This document shows, one piece after another, positions 11,605 to 23,496 of a stretch of DNA of 64,000 bases (positions are counted from its first letter, which is position 1; the number at the start of each line of letters is the position of its first letter). Made by a program: the position numbers and the translations under genes. The notes under the pieces were generated by a model that saw only the letters and a list, made by a program, of their open reading frames with translations, searched no databases and had not been told where the DNA came from. The stretch spans positions 13,078,552 to 13,142,551 of the forward strand of contig NC_069002.1 of NCBI RefSeq assembly GCF_001194135.2, written 5' to 3'. Source of the DNA: Octopus bimaculoides. Its lineage: Eukaryota.

Positions 11605-14600
11605 NNNNNNNNNNNNNNNNNNNNNNNNNNNNNNNNNNNNNNNNNNNNNNNNNNNNNNNNNNNNNNNNNNNNNNNNNNNNNNNNNNNNNNNNNNNNNNNN
11701 NNNNNNNNNNNNNNNNNNNNNNNNNNNNNNNNNNNNNNNNNNNNNNNNNNNNNNNNNNNNNNNNNNNNNNNNNNNNNNNNNNNNNNNNNNNNNNNNNNNN
11801 NNNNNNNNNNNNNNNNNNNNNNNNNNNNNNNNNNNNNNNNNNNNNNNNNNNNNNNNNNNNNNNNNNNNNNNNNNNNNNNNNNNNNNNNNNNNNNNNNNNN
11901 NNNNNNNNNNNNNNNNNNNNNNNNNNNNNNNNNNNNNNNNNNNNNNNNNNNNNNNNNNNNNNNNNNNNNNNNNNNNNNNNNNNNNNNNNNNNNNNNNNNN
12001 NNNNNNNNNNNNNNNNNNNNNNNNNNNNNNNNNNNNNNNNNNNNNNNNNNNNNNNNNNNGTGTTTACGTCCCCGTAACTTAGCGGTTCGGCAAGACAGAC
12101 CGATAGAATAAGTACTAGGCTTCCAAAGAAGAAGTCCTGGGGTCGATTTGCTCGACTAAAGGCGGTGCTCCAGCATGGCCACAGTCAAATGACTGAAACA
12201 AGTAAAAGAGTAAGGTGAAGCAGGAAGATTTGCCTCCCTTGCTACATGGGTGTTTACTGTCAGCTTTAACTAAGGGGAAGTTATTTAGTTATGTCTTGTT
12301 GAGAATTTAATTCTATGGAAAAATACTCCCCGTGATGTAAGGTGGCTGTTGAAACCTGTGGCTGGCCATTCTCTGTGGCAAGGCCTTTGGAATCTTGTCC
12401 ACAAAATGCGGCTGAACATGCCATTTAATCTGAAGTGTACAACCTGTAACTTTCTCCACCTTTTTTTCTCTTTTTTCATTGTTTCCTTGGTGAGGTAATC
12501 TTGTTTTTTTTCTCTTTTACTCGATAACTTGTATTTTTTTGAATTTTCAGGAAGTTCTAAACAGGAATTCATACAATTTTTTAAAATTCTTTTATTTCAG
12601 TCACTTGACTGCGGCCATGCTGGAGCACTGTCGTGAAGTACTTTTGTCGAACAATTTGACTCCAGGACTTTTTTTTGAGACTAGTATTTTTTCTATCGGT
12701 CTTTTTGCCGAACTGCTAAGTTAAAGGAAAATAAACACATACATAAAGATTACATATAAAAATTTTTTTTTGTAATTTAAAGGCGATTTAGCTGGTGTTT
12801 TTAACACATCCCACGACTATCTGATATCTTCCTTGTTGCTTTATCATTGACATTGTGAGATTTAAGCAATAAATTCGGACTGTTGGTATTTTTTTTTTAA
12901 ATTCAAAAAAGAGTGGAAATTTTAAGANNNNNNNNNNNNNNNNNNNNNNNNNNNNNNNNNNNNNNNNNNNNNNNNNNNNNNNNNNNNNNNNNNNNNNNNN
13001 NNNNNNNNNNNNNNNNNNNNNNNNNNNNNNNNNNNNNNNNNNNNNNNNNNNNNNNNNNNNNNNNNNNNNNNNNNNNNNNNNNNNNNNNNNNNNNNNNNNN
13101 NNNNNNNNNNNNNNNNNNNNNNNNNNNNNNNNNNNNNNNNNNNNNNNNNNNNNNNNNNNNNNNNNNNNNNNNNNNNNNNNNNNNNNNNNNNNNNNNNNNN
13201 NNNNNNNNNNNNNNNNNNNNNNNNNNNNNNNNNGGATTACATGGGCTGCTTAAACCAGAATGCCACCCTTTTACATTCGTTTTTCTTATTTCATTTATTT
13301 TTCCCCAGTAAAAATATGTTACTAAATAAAACTATCAGTATCTTAAAAAAAAAAGAATTATGAAGATAATTCTATGATCCAACTTCATTAGACAGAAAAA
13401 AAAAATTAGCATGCAACACTTAAGAGACAAAAATCCAGCTATAAATTCTTTTCTTTTTTACTGACAGGTTTCAGTCACTGGAATTATGGCCTTCCTGGGA
13501 CACTATCTTCGAGTGTTTCAATCACTCATTTCGACGTCAACACTAATTTCTTGCACTTGATGGTATAAAAGATGCACTTTCCCCCCCACCACAAAAAACC
13601 GTCTAAAAAATATAATTAAAAAATACCCCCATCCCCTGTCCTATATGTAAAGTTAGGTCTATATTACATGATTTAACCCTTTAGCATTTAAACCAGCCAA
13701 AATATTCAGCCCTGTTTTATCTTCAAACTGGTCAGATCCGGCCTCTCACAGTTCTACAATATTAGTCTAAAAATAAACAATTACATCATTGAAATCTCAA
13801 AGCTACAACGTAATGCATGGCTAATTCAAATCAATATGAATAAATAAGCATTACATTTGACAGAAAAATTTGAATGCTAAAGGGTTGATGGCACCAAAAT
13901 TTTTTTTTTCTTTATCTGAGTATACACTGCAGAAATTACGGTGCATCTAATATACCCCTGCATCTTTTATGCAGTCAAATATGGTATTTTTTTATCTCTG
14001 TCAAACCATAAAGTTATAGGACACATATACACATTCTGTTTTCAGATCTACATCTACATTCTTCAGATTTAAATATAGCAGACATGGTGAACTTGACCAC
14101 AAAGCAAAAGTTGTTCCTTAAGGCTTAATAAAGATATTCATGCTGTTTTTATCTATTTTCCTTTGTATTCTTGTACCTTACATGTTAGTGAAACCTCCCA
14201 GAAATAGCTACCTAAGCTCCCTCAAGCCACTGTATAATCTTGAGCAAAGAAGAACACACTGGACAACAGAAAGAAGATATGACTCTACTAATGATTGAAG
14301 GGTCAAAAGCTGGAGTGACTTGTGAATTGCTGAAAAAGTATAACAGGTGCATATTTCATTGTTAGTTTTAAAAAATGGTTCCCCCAACATCATCCCTGAA
14401 ACTTACCTCCATTCTGTGGACGTTGACCTTAAAATCTCCTTTTTTGGCCTTGCGGATATTCTCTTCCATGACACCAATCTGCTCAAGCAAGCATTCAACA
14501 ATTTCTGTTTTGGATTCAAGTAAAACAGGAGAGAACTTCTCGTTTAGCCATGCCTAGAGGGTTGAAAAACAAAAAGAAAATTATGAAGAACAGGATGATG

Positions 14601-17062
14601 ATGATGATGACAAACACTTTGTGGTAATGAGGTAGTGAGTTCAATTCTTGGACCATGCTGTGTGTTGTGTTCTTGAGGAAGACACTTTATTTTCACGTTG
14701 CACCAGTTCACTCAGCTGTAGAAATGAGTTGCAACATCACTGGTGCCAAGCTGTATCGGATTTTGCCTTTGCCTAGGATAACATCGGTGGCATGGAGTGG
14801 GGAGGCTGGAATGCATGGGTGATTGCTGGTCTTCTGTAAACGATTTTGCCCAGACTTGTGCCTCAGAGGGGAACTTTCTTGGTACAATCCTACAGTCATT
14901 TATGACCAAAGGCAGAACTGTTAGCCCAAAATGCTTAGTGGCATATTGTCTGTCTTTACATGTGGCTGCAAAGTGAACTTCTTAACCATGCAGCCATGGC
15001 TGCACCTCTATGCTTAATTATTTGTAATTTCATGATCATGATCATCATCACCCTCATCATCTAACATCCATTTTCCATGCTGGCATGGGTTGGACAATTT
15101 GTCAGAGGACTGTGCCAAACTCTGAAGTCAGCTTTGGCATATTTTCTATGACTGGATACCCTTCCTAATGCCAACCACTTTATAGAGTGTATTGAGTGCT
15201 TTAGAGAGAAACATTAAAATGCCTAATGCCAAATAAGCAATGACAAAACATCTCAGAGAAGGTGACTGTCCAATGACAAATTTAATGTTGTCAATTGAGT
15301 TGAGTGACAAAATAATTAAAACTTGAATTGATTTGAGATAAAAATTTCTGAGAAGGACTGAACCATAAACACGAAGCTTTGAGTGAGTTAATTCCATGTT
15401 GAAAAAACTTCTTTGGCTGACTCTCAGTTTTTATCATTAGAGACAAGCTTTGGTGCAACCTGATTTTTATGTGAAAGTGGGTGTGCAGAAAACCCTGTTG
15501 AAACCTTTTGGATGGAATGCTTCTTGTAATACATAGTCTCAGTTAATCTATCTGAAATATTTAGCCTCTAAGTTTGCAGTGATGTTCCAGTTGTGATTGT
15601 CTACTTATTTTGAAACATAACATACCAAGGATTATAGGCAGAGGTGTGGCTGTGTGGTAAGAAGTTTGCTTCCCAACCACATGACTCCAGATTCAGTCCC
15701 ACTGCTTGGCACTTTGGGCAAGTGTCTTTTGATATAGCCTCAGGCCAACCAAAGCCTTGTGAGTAGATTCAGTAGATGGAAACCGAAACAAGTCGGTTCA
15801 TATGGAACAGCCATGTTGAAGTGGTGACAAACATTACTTCTCAGTATAATTACTACTTTTATCTCTTATAGAGATGTGCTAACTAGCTACTTAGCTTATT
15901 GCAAGACCAGTAACTCATTGGTACCTATTTTTCTATATATTGTGAGCTGCAGTAAACTATTATCTCTAGCAGACAGGTGTCCAGCACTGAGGATGAACAA
16001 AAGTAGCTCAAAACCAGATGGTCAACTGGTCCTGTCAAGTTGTTAGAAGATGGTAGGGGTCCACTCCCTGCTTGCAATATATATATATATCAAGTACAGA
16101 TTGCATTGATAACCAGCTAGAGGAAGCTTCCTCTTGGGGTTAAAAATGTTGGTTCATATGGAACAGCCATGTTGAAGTAGCAACAAATATTACTTCTCTG
16201 TGTAGTTACTATTTTTATCTCTAACAGAGATTTTCTAACTAGCTACTTTACTGATATGTGTGTGTGTGTTTGCCCCACCACTGCTTGACAACCAGAACTG
16301 GTATACTGTCTGTTTGTTGTTATCACATTTTGGCTGATGTACTCTCCAGCCTTCATCAGGTGTTCTGGTGGAATTTCAAATCCAACCCTTTATTTGACTA
16401 ATGGGGTACATTGTTCTCATTTCTAAGGTATGTCGCTGATGTTATTTTTTCTGTTGATACTATTTATTTATTAGAATCCAAGGGTTAGTAGCCCACACTC
16501 TTATCCATTATATTATATGCCCGTGGGCATATGCATGTTTACATCGCTGTAATTCAGCTGGGACGTAAACACACCAACACCGGTTGTCAAGCGGTGATAG
16601 GGGACAAACATATACACATATATAATCGACGGGCTTCTATTAATTTCCGTCTACCAAATCCACTCAAAACGCTTTGGTCGACCCAAGGCTTATAGTAGAT
16701 AGTATATAGGTGCCAGGCAGTGGGACTGAATCTGTAACCAGGTGGTTGGGAAGCAGGCTACTAAAGACTATTTCATGTTCCGCACAAATATTTTTTAATT
16801 ACCTCGGCAGAATCGTCATCTAAGCATTCGTATAAAATATCTCTTCAAAATTTCCTTAAAAACCATGCATTACTAACAAAGTTATAAAAAAGCAAAATCG
16901 GTGGGAGAGTTGGGCACTAAACTGTAATCATACTAATAAATAACCAGTTATTAATTATTAAAAACAAACCTCTTCGAGTTTCGAGAGGACTTCATTAGCC
17001 GTCATAGGTTCGACATCTTCCTCATCACGACTGAAATCCAAAGATAGTCCAAGATCGGTCAT
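9554..17062 (-). CDS. GINS4: GINS complex subunit 4 (SLD5), 5' part: coding exons 17062-16970, 14553-14407, 11204-11151, 9648-9554; C-terminal exons not found in window
   Basis: Spliced translation MTDLGLSLDFSRDEEDVEPMTANEVLSKLEE|AWLNEKFSPVLLESKTEIVECLLEQIGVMEENIRKAKKGDFKVNVHRME|LDRVRFVLNSYLRIRLEK|IQSHAAHYINKDNSEDEGHSLFSPAELAFAKE matches recalled SLD5 motifs (AWxNEKFxPxLLESK, RxRxVLxSYLRxRLxK, SPxELAFAxE). All introns are GT-AG with phases 0,0,0,2. Confidence 0.93.
11151..11204 (-). CDS. GINS4: GINS4 coding exon 3 (LDRVRFVLNSYLRIRLEK)
   Basis: tttctag|CTG ... AAG|gtaag, 54 nt. Confidence 0.92.
13677..13884. mobile_element. TTAA-CCCT...AGGG piggyBac-like MITE (relatives at about 40530-41118 and 55246-55604, both with nested insertions; a similar-ended element at 34794-35006)
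   Basis: ttaa|ccctttagcatttaaacc ... gaatgctaaaggg|ttga. Confidence 0.75.
14407..14553 (-). CDS. GINS4: GINS4 coding exon 2 (AWLNEKF...VHRME)
   Basis: tag|GCA ... GAG|gtaagt, 147 nt, open frame. Confidence 0.93.
16970..17062 (-). CDS. GINS4: GINS4 coding exon 1 (MTDLG...SKLEE)
   Basis: ATG at 17062, 93 nt, donor GAG|gtttgt; acidic N-terminus as in SLD5. Confidence 0.85.
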
Positions 17063-17169
17063 TACTGTGACGTTACCTCATTAACCGAAGTGACAAACCC
17101 AGATTAATTGAAGTTTGGCGCGCTTTCTCAAAGTCACATGACACACAACCACTCGAACATACAACTGCA

Positions 17170-17510
17170 CACGTCAGTTCCTTTCGGCTTCTTTGTTTTT
17201 CTTTCTCTCTTTTTTTTTTTCGGTCTCCTTCCTTCTTCCTTTCTCTTTGGTTTTTCCTTATTTCTTTCGTTCTCTTTCCTTCTTTCTTTTTTTTTCCTTT
17301 CTTTCTATTTTTCATTCCTTCTCTTTTCTGCTTTCCTGCCTTTCTTTTTCTCCCTTCTTTCTTCCCTTTTCTTTTCTGACTCTTCATTTCCTTTTTGTCT
17401 TTCTCTTTCTTTCATTCTTTTCTTTCTTCTCTTCTTTCACTATCTCATCTCAAAAATCCTTGTATACTGATGACGAAAATCGCATTCAGTTTTTTTTTTT
17501 CTTTTTTCTC
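17170..17510. repeat. Polypyrimidine (CT-rich) low-complexity tract of about 340 bp
   Basis: Seen directly; almost purine-free on the + strand. Confidence 0.9.
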
Positions 17511-17867
17511 TTTTTAGAAATTAATAATAAAGAAGTTTCAAGTGTTTAAATTATATTTAGCCAATCGAAAAGTCCCCTTGCCGATGTAGTCATGTTGTCA
17601 TGGAGATCAGCTTACACAACGAAGTCGAAAACTTATAATCTTCTCTACTAGGCCTAAAATTTTGGGGAAGGGGTTAGTCCATTACATCGACCTAGTGCCC
17701 AATTGGTACTTAATTTATTAATTTAAAAAGCCTTAATAATAAACTGTAAGAAGGGAAACAGGAAAAATGAATGAAATATCTCTAAAATATTTTTTATAAA
17801 TGTTAAAGATTTAAAAGAAAAATCAAAAGTTATGAAAGAGTGTTGGCTCGGTAAATTTTCAGATTAA

Positions 17868-18061
17868 CACCCGCACGATTTTCACTAGGGTGTTGGGGTT
17901 AGGGTTAGGGTTTTAGGGTTAGGTTAGGGTTTAGGGTTAGGTTAGGGGTTAGGGTTAGGGAATTCCGTCCCTAACCATAACCCTAAACCCAAACCCTGAC
18001 CCTAAACCCTAAAACTAACCCTAACCCTGACCCTAACACCCTAGTGAAAATCGTGCGGGTG
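17868..18061. repeat. Foldback palindrome: about 27-bp terminal inverted repeat enclosing (TTAGGG)n facing (CCCTAA)n
   Basis: cacccgcacgattttcactagggtgtt ... aacaccctagtgaaaatcgtgcgggtg; centre TTAGGGA-ATTCCG-TCCCTAA. Confidence 0.9.
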
Positions 18062-18273
18062 GGAGAGTCGTAAAAAGGAAGTACCAGCCACGCACTGGCT
18101 AAATACATAGTAGTAGTGGCAACAGCACACGTTGAGAACATTAGCAGTTGTAAACAATACCAGACGTTGAGAACATTAGCAGCTGTATCAACAGCAGCAG
18201 TAGTCAAACGTTTGTTTTTCTTTCTTTTATAGTTTAATAATCACTCACGCGGAAATATAAACCTAGGTTTTGA

Positions 18274-18698
18274 ATGCAAGCCACGACAAAGATGGCTTCG
18301 GAGTTAAATGTGTCTGTTTGGAGGCCGTCATCGATATTATTCTTAGTTCTTATATTGTCTCTAACAAGTTTATCCTGGGACGTTGCAGCATTTCGGACCA
18401 GCGACTCTAGTGGTCCATACACACCCGATTGGCAATCTCTTGACACACGTCCCATACCAAAATGGTATGACGAGGCCAAAATCGGCATCTTCCTACATTG
18501 GGGTGTGTTTTCTGTGCCCAGCTTTCGCTCTGCTTGGTTCTGGTGGTACCTTGTAGCGGAACAGAGTCCTGCCTATGTGAAATTTATGAAGGACAATTAC
18601 AGGCCAGGTTTCACCTACCAGGATTTTGCTCCGATGTTCACCACAGAGTTTTACGACCCAAACCAGTGGGCAGAAATATTTACTAAATCCGGTGCCAG
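18274..18698 (+). CDS. FUCA1: FUCA exon 1 (signal peptide to KSGAR)
   Basis: ORF 18274..18732; donor GCC AG|gttgtt, phase 2. Confidence 0.95.
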
Positions 18699-21600
18699 GT
18701 TGTTGTTTATTTTTGTTTCTCTTGTTAAATGATGTTGTTCCCCTGATCCAACACGAGTGTGACATTTGTCCAAGTCATGGCCTCATTTTTTCAATTACCA
18801 GGAAGGACATTGTAGCCATAGTTTTTATTATTATTATTCAAAGCCTATAAATGTTGGTTTGAGTTACATTCAATTGTTATTTCGGATCTATTCAATTTGA
18901 CGTACAGACTTTTTAATTAATTTTTTTTTTAACTAAACACTTTGAAACTTCGGATACTTGTAGAATGTGTCATGTAGAACTATTATTAGGTACTACTAAA
19001 GCAGCGCGGACCCGATTGCGCAGTCATGCGTCCGCGCTGCTTTAGTAGTACCCTATTATTATCTAATATTCTAAAGAAATACATACTTATAATCAATTTA
19101 ATTTAACTTATAAACAACACTATACACAAATTAATATTATTAACTATTATCAAAAACAATAAGATTAAACAATATATTTTATACTCAAATATAATTTAAA
19201 TCTATATACCATTAAGAACTTATTATTTTTTATATTTAAATAATATTTATATATCATACAAAACACACAAAAAGAAATTAATATATATATCCTGAGTTAC
19301 AACTTGTAGAAAAATCAACAACCACAAACCCCAATACTCAATTTATAAAATTAATACGATAATATTTCAATAATCACATGATCTCAATGTCTGAATCACA
19401 TGTCATCATCCTTTATCACTCAACTATGACAAATTTAACTTACAGAACAAACATATTGTCATATGACATTAAAGATGGGATGGGATGTATAGGAGGAGCT
19501 CACAAAAATTTATAAACCTAATCATGCAATTCTCCCCAGCCAATCAAAATATATTCAAAGTAAATACTAATTTGAGCCATGTTCTGTCTAGCAATGATCA
19601 CGCTCGGCATGAGTCAGATGGAATTCATTAAGACAGATTTTCTATGACTGGATGCCCTTCCTGTCACTAATCTTCAACTGTTTCCAAGCAAGATAATATT
19701 TCCCCACAACCAGATATGTTTTTAGGGAAAACTGGAAATGAAAAAGTGTCCCTTACATGATAGTAACTTAACAGTTTGGCAAAAACGACTGAAAAAATAA
19801 GTACCTGACTGAAAAAAGAAAAATGGGTACTGGGGTTGAACAAACCCTTCAAGGCAATGCTCCCAGCATGGTCATAGTTCAGTTAGTGGCTGAAACAATG
19901 AAAAAAGATAAATGAAAAACAAAAGGCATCGGAGGGTGGTGGTGGGGGCAATGCATCCCCTGCATGTACACAAGGTTAAAATAAGATTTAATTTAATAAA
20001 TATATTCTCAGATGAATTCATATTTCAAGAAAATGCCATCAAGAGGTATTTCCCCTGCTTATTGTTTATGCATATGTAATAAAGAAAAAAAACATTTTGT
20101 TTCACCTGTCTGCTAGTTTTGAAGATAATCAAACCAAAATTTGATGACTTCAAGCCACTCACCCAGTGAGTATTTTTGCCAAATTTGGTGAAAATGCATT
20201 CAGCCGTTTTCCATTAATTTAGTAAACACACAGACAAACAGACTAAAACAACTGACTACAATAACCCTGCTTCGTTTACACATGCAAGGTTAATTAATTG
20301 ATTAACTCTTAAATAGCTGACATCATCAATTGATCTTTCATTAAAGAACAGTGGACATCATCAATTGATGTTTCAAAAATTTTACATGGATTCGGCCATT
20401 ATCAAAGGAAAGTCAGTATTTTATGGCAGTTTTTAATAAGATTGTATTTAATAAGATTTGTAATGAGATTGTAAATTTTATTGTGCAAAAGACTAACAAT
20501 TATAGTTTTTTTTTTGTACTTATTTCAAGTGAAAATGAATATAAAAATTACTGTTAAGAAAAAAAGAGATTATTTTTGTTTTTTGCTCGTTTGGCACACA
20601 CTTTCATACAACCCTTTCCTGCTGTTTAAGGGTTAATTTATTGCTTTCTAAATTCTTTTGTTAGGTACATTGTTCTAACAAGCAAACACCATGAAGGGTA
20701 CACCAACTGGCCATCTAAATACTCTTGGAATTGGAACTCAAAAGCTGTGGGGCCAAAACGAGACCTTGTTGGTTAGTTTATATTTTCCTGAAAATCTTCA
20801 ACACTACCACCACTGTTATCCTCCTCCTCCTCCATTGGCATATTCTTCACTCTCACATCAGTATATTTATTCCTATCACTCCTTACACCCCACCAATACA
20901 ACCACCACCAATACCTAACAAAACAATTACAGGTGACTTCTTTTTCTCTCCCTCATCCTTCAGGTGAACTTGCAGCTGCCATCAAGAAGACTCCGATCCA
21001 TTTTGGTCTGTACCATTCTCTCTTTGAATGGTTCCACCCCATTTATCTACAAGACAAAGCCAACAATTTTACAACCCAAAGGTTTGTTAGGGTAAGTTCA
21101 GACCAATTCCTGCTTATCTTTGTCTGTCTATCTGTCTGTTAGTCTGCCTCTCTTTTAATCTGTGTGTCTTTTGACATGACTCCCATCACTATCGCATACA
21201 GATAGGAACAGATAAACATGAAACTCATAGATCCAACTTCTCTGTTCTTTTTTTTAAGTTCCTATCATTATTTTCTCTCTGCACTGATGAGTACTTTGAT
21301 AATTTTCAAATTCAAATATGAATTTATATCTATGTTCGAAACAATTGTATGCATGAATAAACTTCATACAACTTTTTAACATCTTATCTCCTCCATTTTT
21401 GACAAATATGATTGGATTTGTCGAACTTCATTCCATAAATTAATCATACACTTAATATATATAATTTAACCCTCGGCAACGGAGTATTTGGTCACTGATG
21501 AAGATGGATTAAATCTGAAATCAGCGCTGATATGACTCCATCTCACTTGTCGTAGGGAGGGAGTCTGTCTCCCTTGTCAGCTTTTAGAAAAGTGCTCTCA

Positions 21601-23363
21601 CGTGGCTAAGAGTTGTTTTGACTCTTATTTCTAGCAATGCTAGTTCTTATTAGCACCCCCTGTCACTTTAGTGACCACTGTACTCATTGGCTGTGTGTAT
21701 ATATATATATATATATTATTTATGCACCCTTTTAAAGCCTAGCCAGGCTCATGAGCCCGGTTTCCCGGTTTCTATGGCATATGTGTTCCCCCCAGCTGGA
21801 CAGGATTCCAGTCCATCACAGCGTTACTCAAGAAACAGGAAGAAAGAGTGAGAGAAAGTTGGGGCGAAAGAGTACAACAGGGGTCGCCACCCACCCCCTG
21901 CCGGAGCCTCANNNNNNNNNNNNNNNNNNNNNNNNNNNNNNNNNNNNNNNNNNNNNNNNNNNNNNNNNNNNNNNNNNNNNNNNNNNNNNNNNNNNNNNNN
22001 NNNNNNNNNNNNNNNNNNNNNNNNNNNNNNNNNNNNNNNNNNNNNNNNNNNNNNNNNNNNNNNNNNNNNNNNNNNNNNNNNNNNNNNNNNNNNNNNNNNN
22101 NNNNNNNNNNNNNNNNNNNNNNNNNNNNNNNNNNNNNNNNNNNNNNNNNNNNNNNNNNNNNNNNNNNNNNNNNNNNNNNNNNNNNNNNNNNNNNNNNNNN
22201 NNNNNNNNNNNNNNNNNNNNNNNNNNNNNNNNNNNNNNNNNNNNNNNNNNNNNNNNNNNNNNNNNNNNNNNNNNNNNNNNNNNNNNNNNNNNNNNNNTAT
22301 ATATATATATATGAAGAATAATAATAAATGGAGCAAAACGCGTATAATCAATAAGTTCCTTTAATTCCTACATATGTTTCAAAATTTATGTGCACTCTAT
22401 GTGCTGGCCAAAAAGACACTCAGGTTTCAGTTGCACAAAATTTCTTGATTGTATTAAGAACAATGAAAACTTAAAAACTTTGCATAGACCTCTCAGCCGG
22501 TTTTGCCATGCCTTTGGCAAAATTTGATGCAGATTCTCTGCTCAACTTTCTCTCTCACGGTCAATGTGATGATCACATGCTACACACCTTCCTTCCAAGC
22601 ACTGCTGTAAACGGTGGAAGTGAGCTAGAATGTTAAAACTTAGTGCACATGCACAGCAGAGTTCAAGGTCAATCTGTGCCAAGCAGCTTCACTCTCTGTG
22701 CTTTAGCTTTGTTACTATAGCAACAGTCCAGATACTTATTAATCAGACCATGTATAGATACTTATTAATCAGACCATGTATGTACTTGGTAGAAATTTTT
22801 GATAAGAATATTCCACAAGTATTCCTTGTGTTGGTGTCTCTATTTATATTCAGTAACTAGGAAATTCTCTATATTTATTCGCCTAGACCGCCAGTGATCC
22901 ACACCAAAGTTATGGTGGTTCACAGCAAGTCGTATATCCTACCATATTGTGTAGCTTAATGCAGTTAAAAGTTAATTTATATTTGGTATTCTTTGAAGTT
23001 CTCTTCAATAATTTTGTGGAACATCTGGAAAATATTGTGCATCACTCTCGTAAAAGACAATCTGAATAGCATTAAAAAAATAACTTTTTCATTTGATTCT
23101 TTATCTTTGTGTGTGTGTGTGTGTCCATCTATCCGTCCGTCTGTCCTCAGTGTTTCTTTCCTAAATAACTATGTATTTCAATATGTCCTTAGGAGAAAAC
23201 TATGCCTGAGTTGTATGAACTGGTTATGAATTACAAACCTGATGTAATTTGGTCAGATGGTGATTGGGAAGCAACAGATAAATACTGGAATTCGACAGAG
23301 TTTATTGCATGGCTCTATAATGACAGGTTTTTATCATCACCATTATTATTATTATTATCATCA

Positions 23364-23424
<61 letters not shown>

Positions 23425-23450
23425 CATTATTATTATTATCATCATCATCA

Positions 23451-23496
<46 letters not shown>

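Larger units (their letters stand above)
17063..18273. promoter_or_regulatory. Bidirectional promoter region shared by GINS4 (-) and FUCA (+)
   Basis: Divergent ATGs 1.2 kb apart; E2F-type TTTGGCGC at 17114-17121, about 55 bp upstream of the GINS4 ATG; CpG-enriched ends; GGAAGT near 18075. TSSs are not determinable from sequence. Confidence 0.65.

Noticed and set aside
17868-18061. Chromosome end-to-end fusion scar or true telomere
   Set aside because: The arrays are short and enclosed by non-telomeric inverted arms between two intact genes; a foldback element fits better
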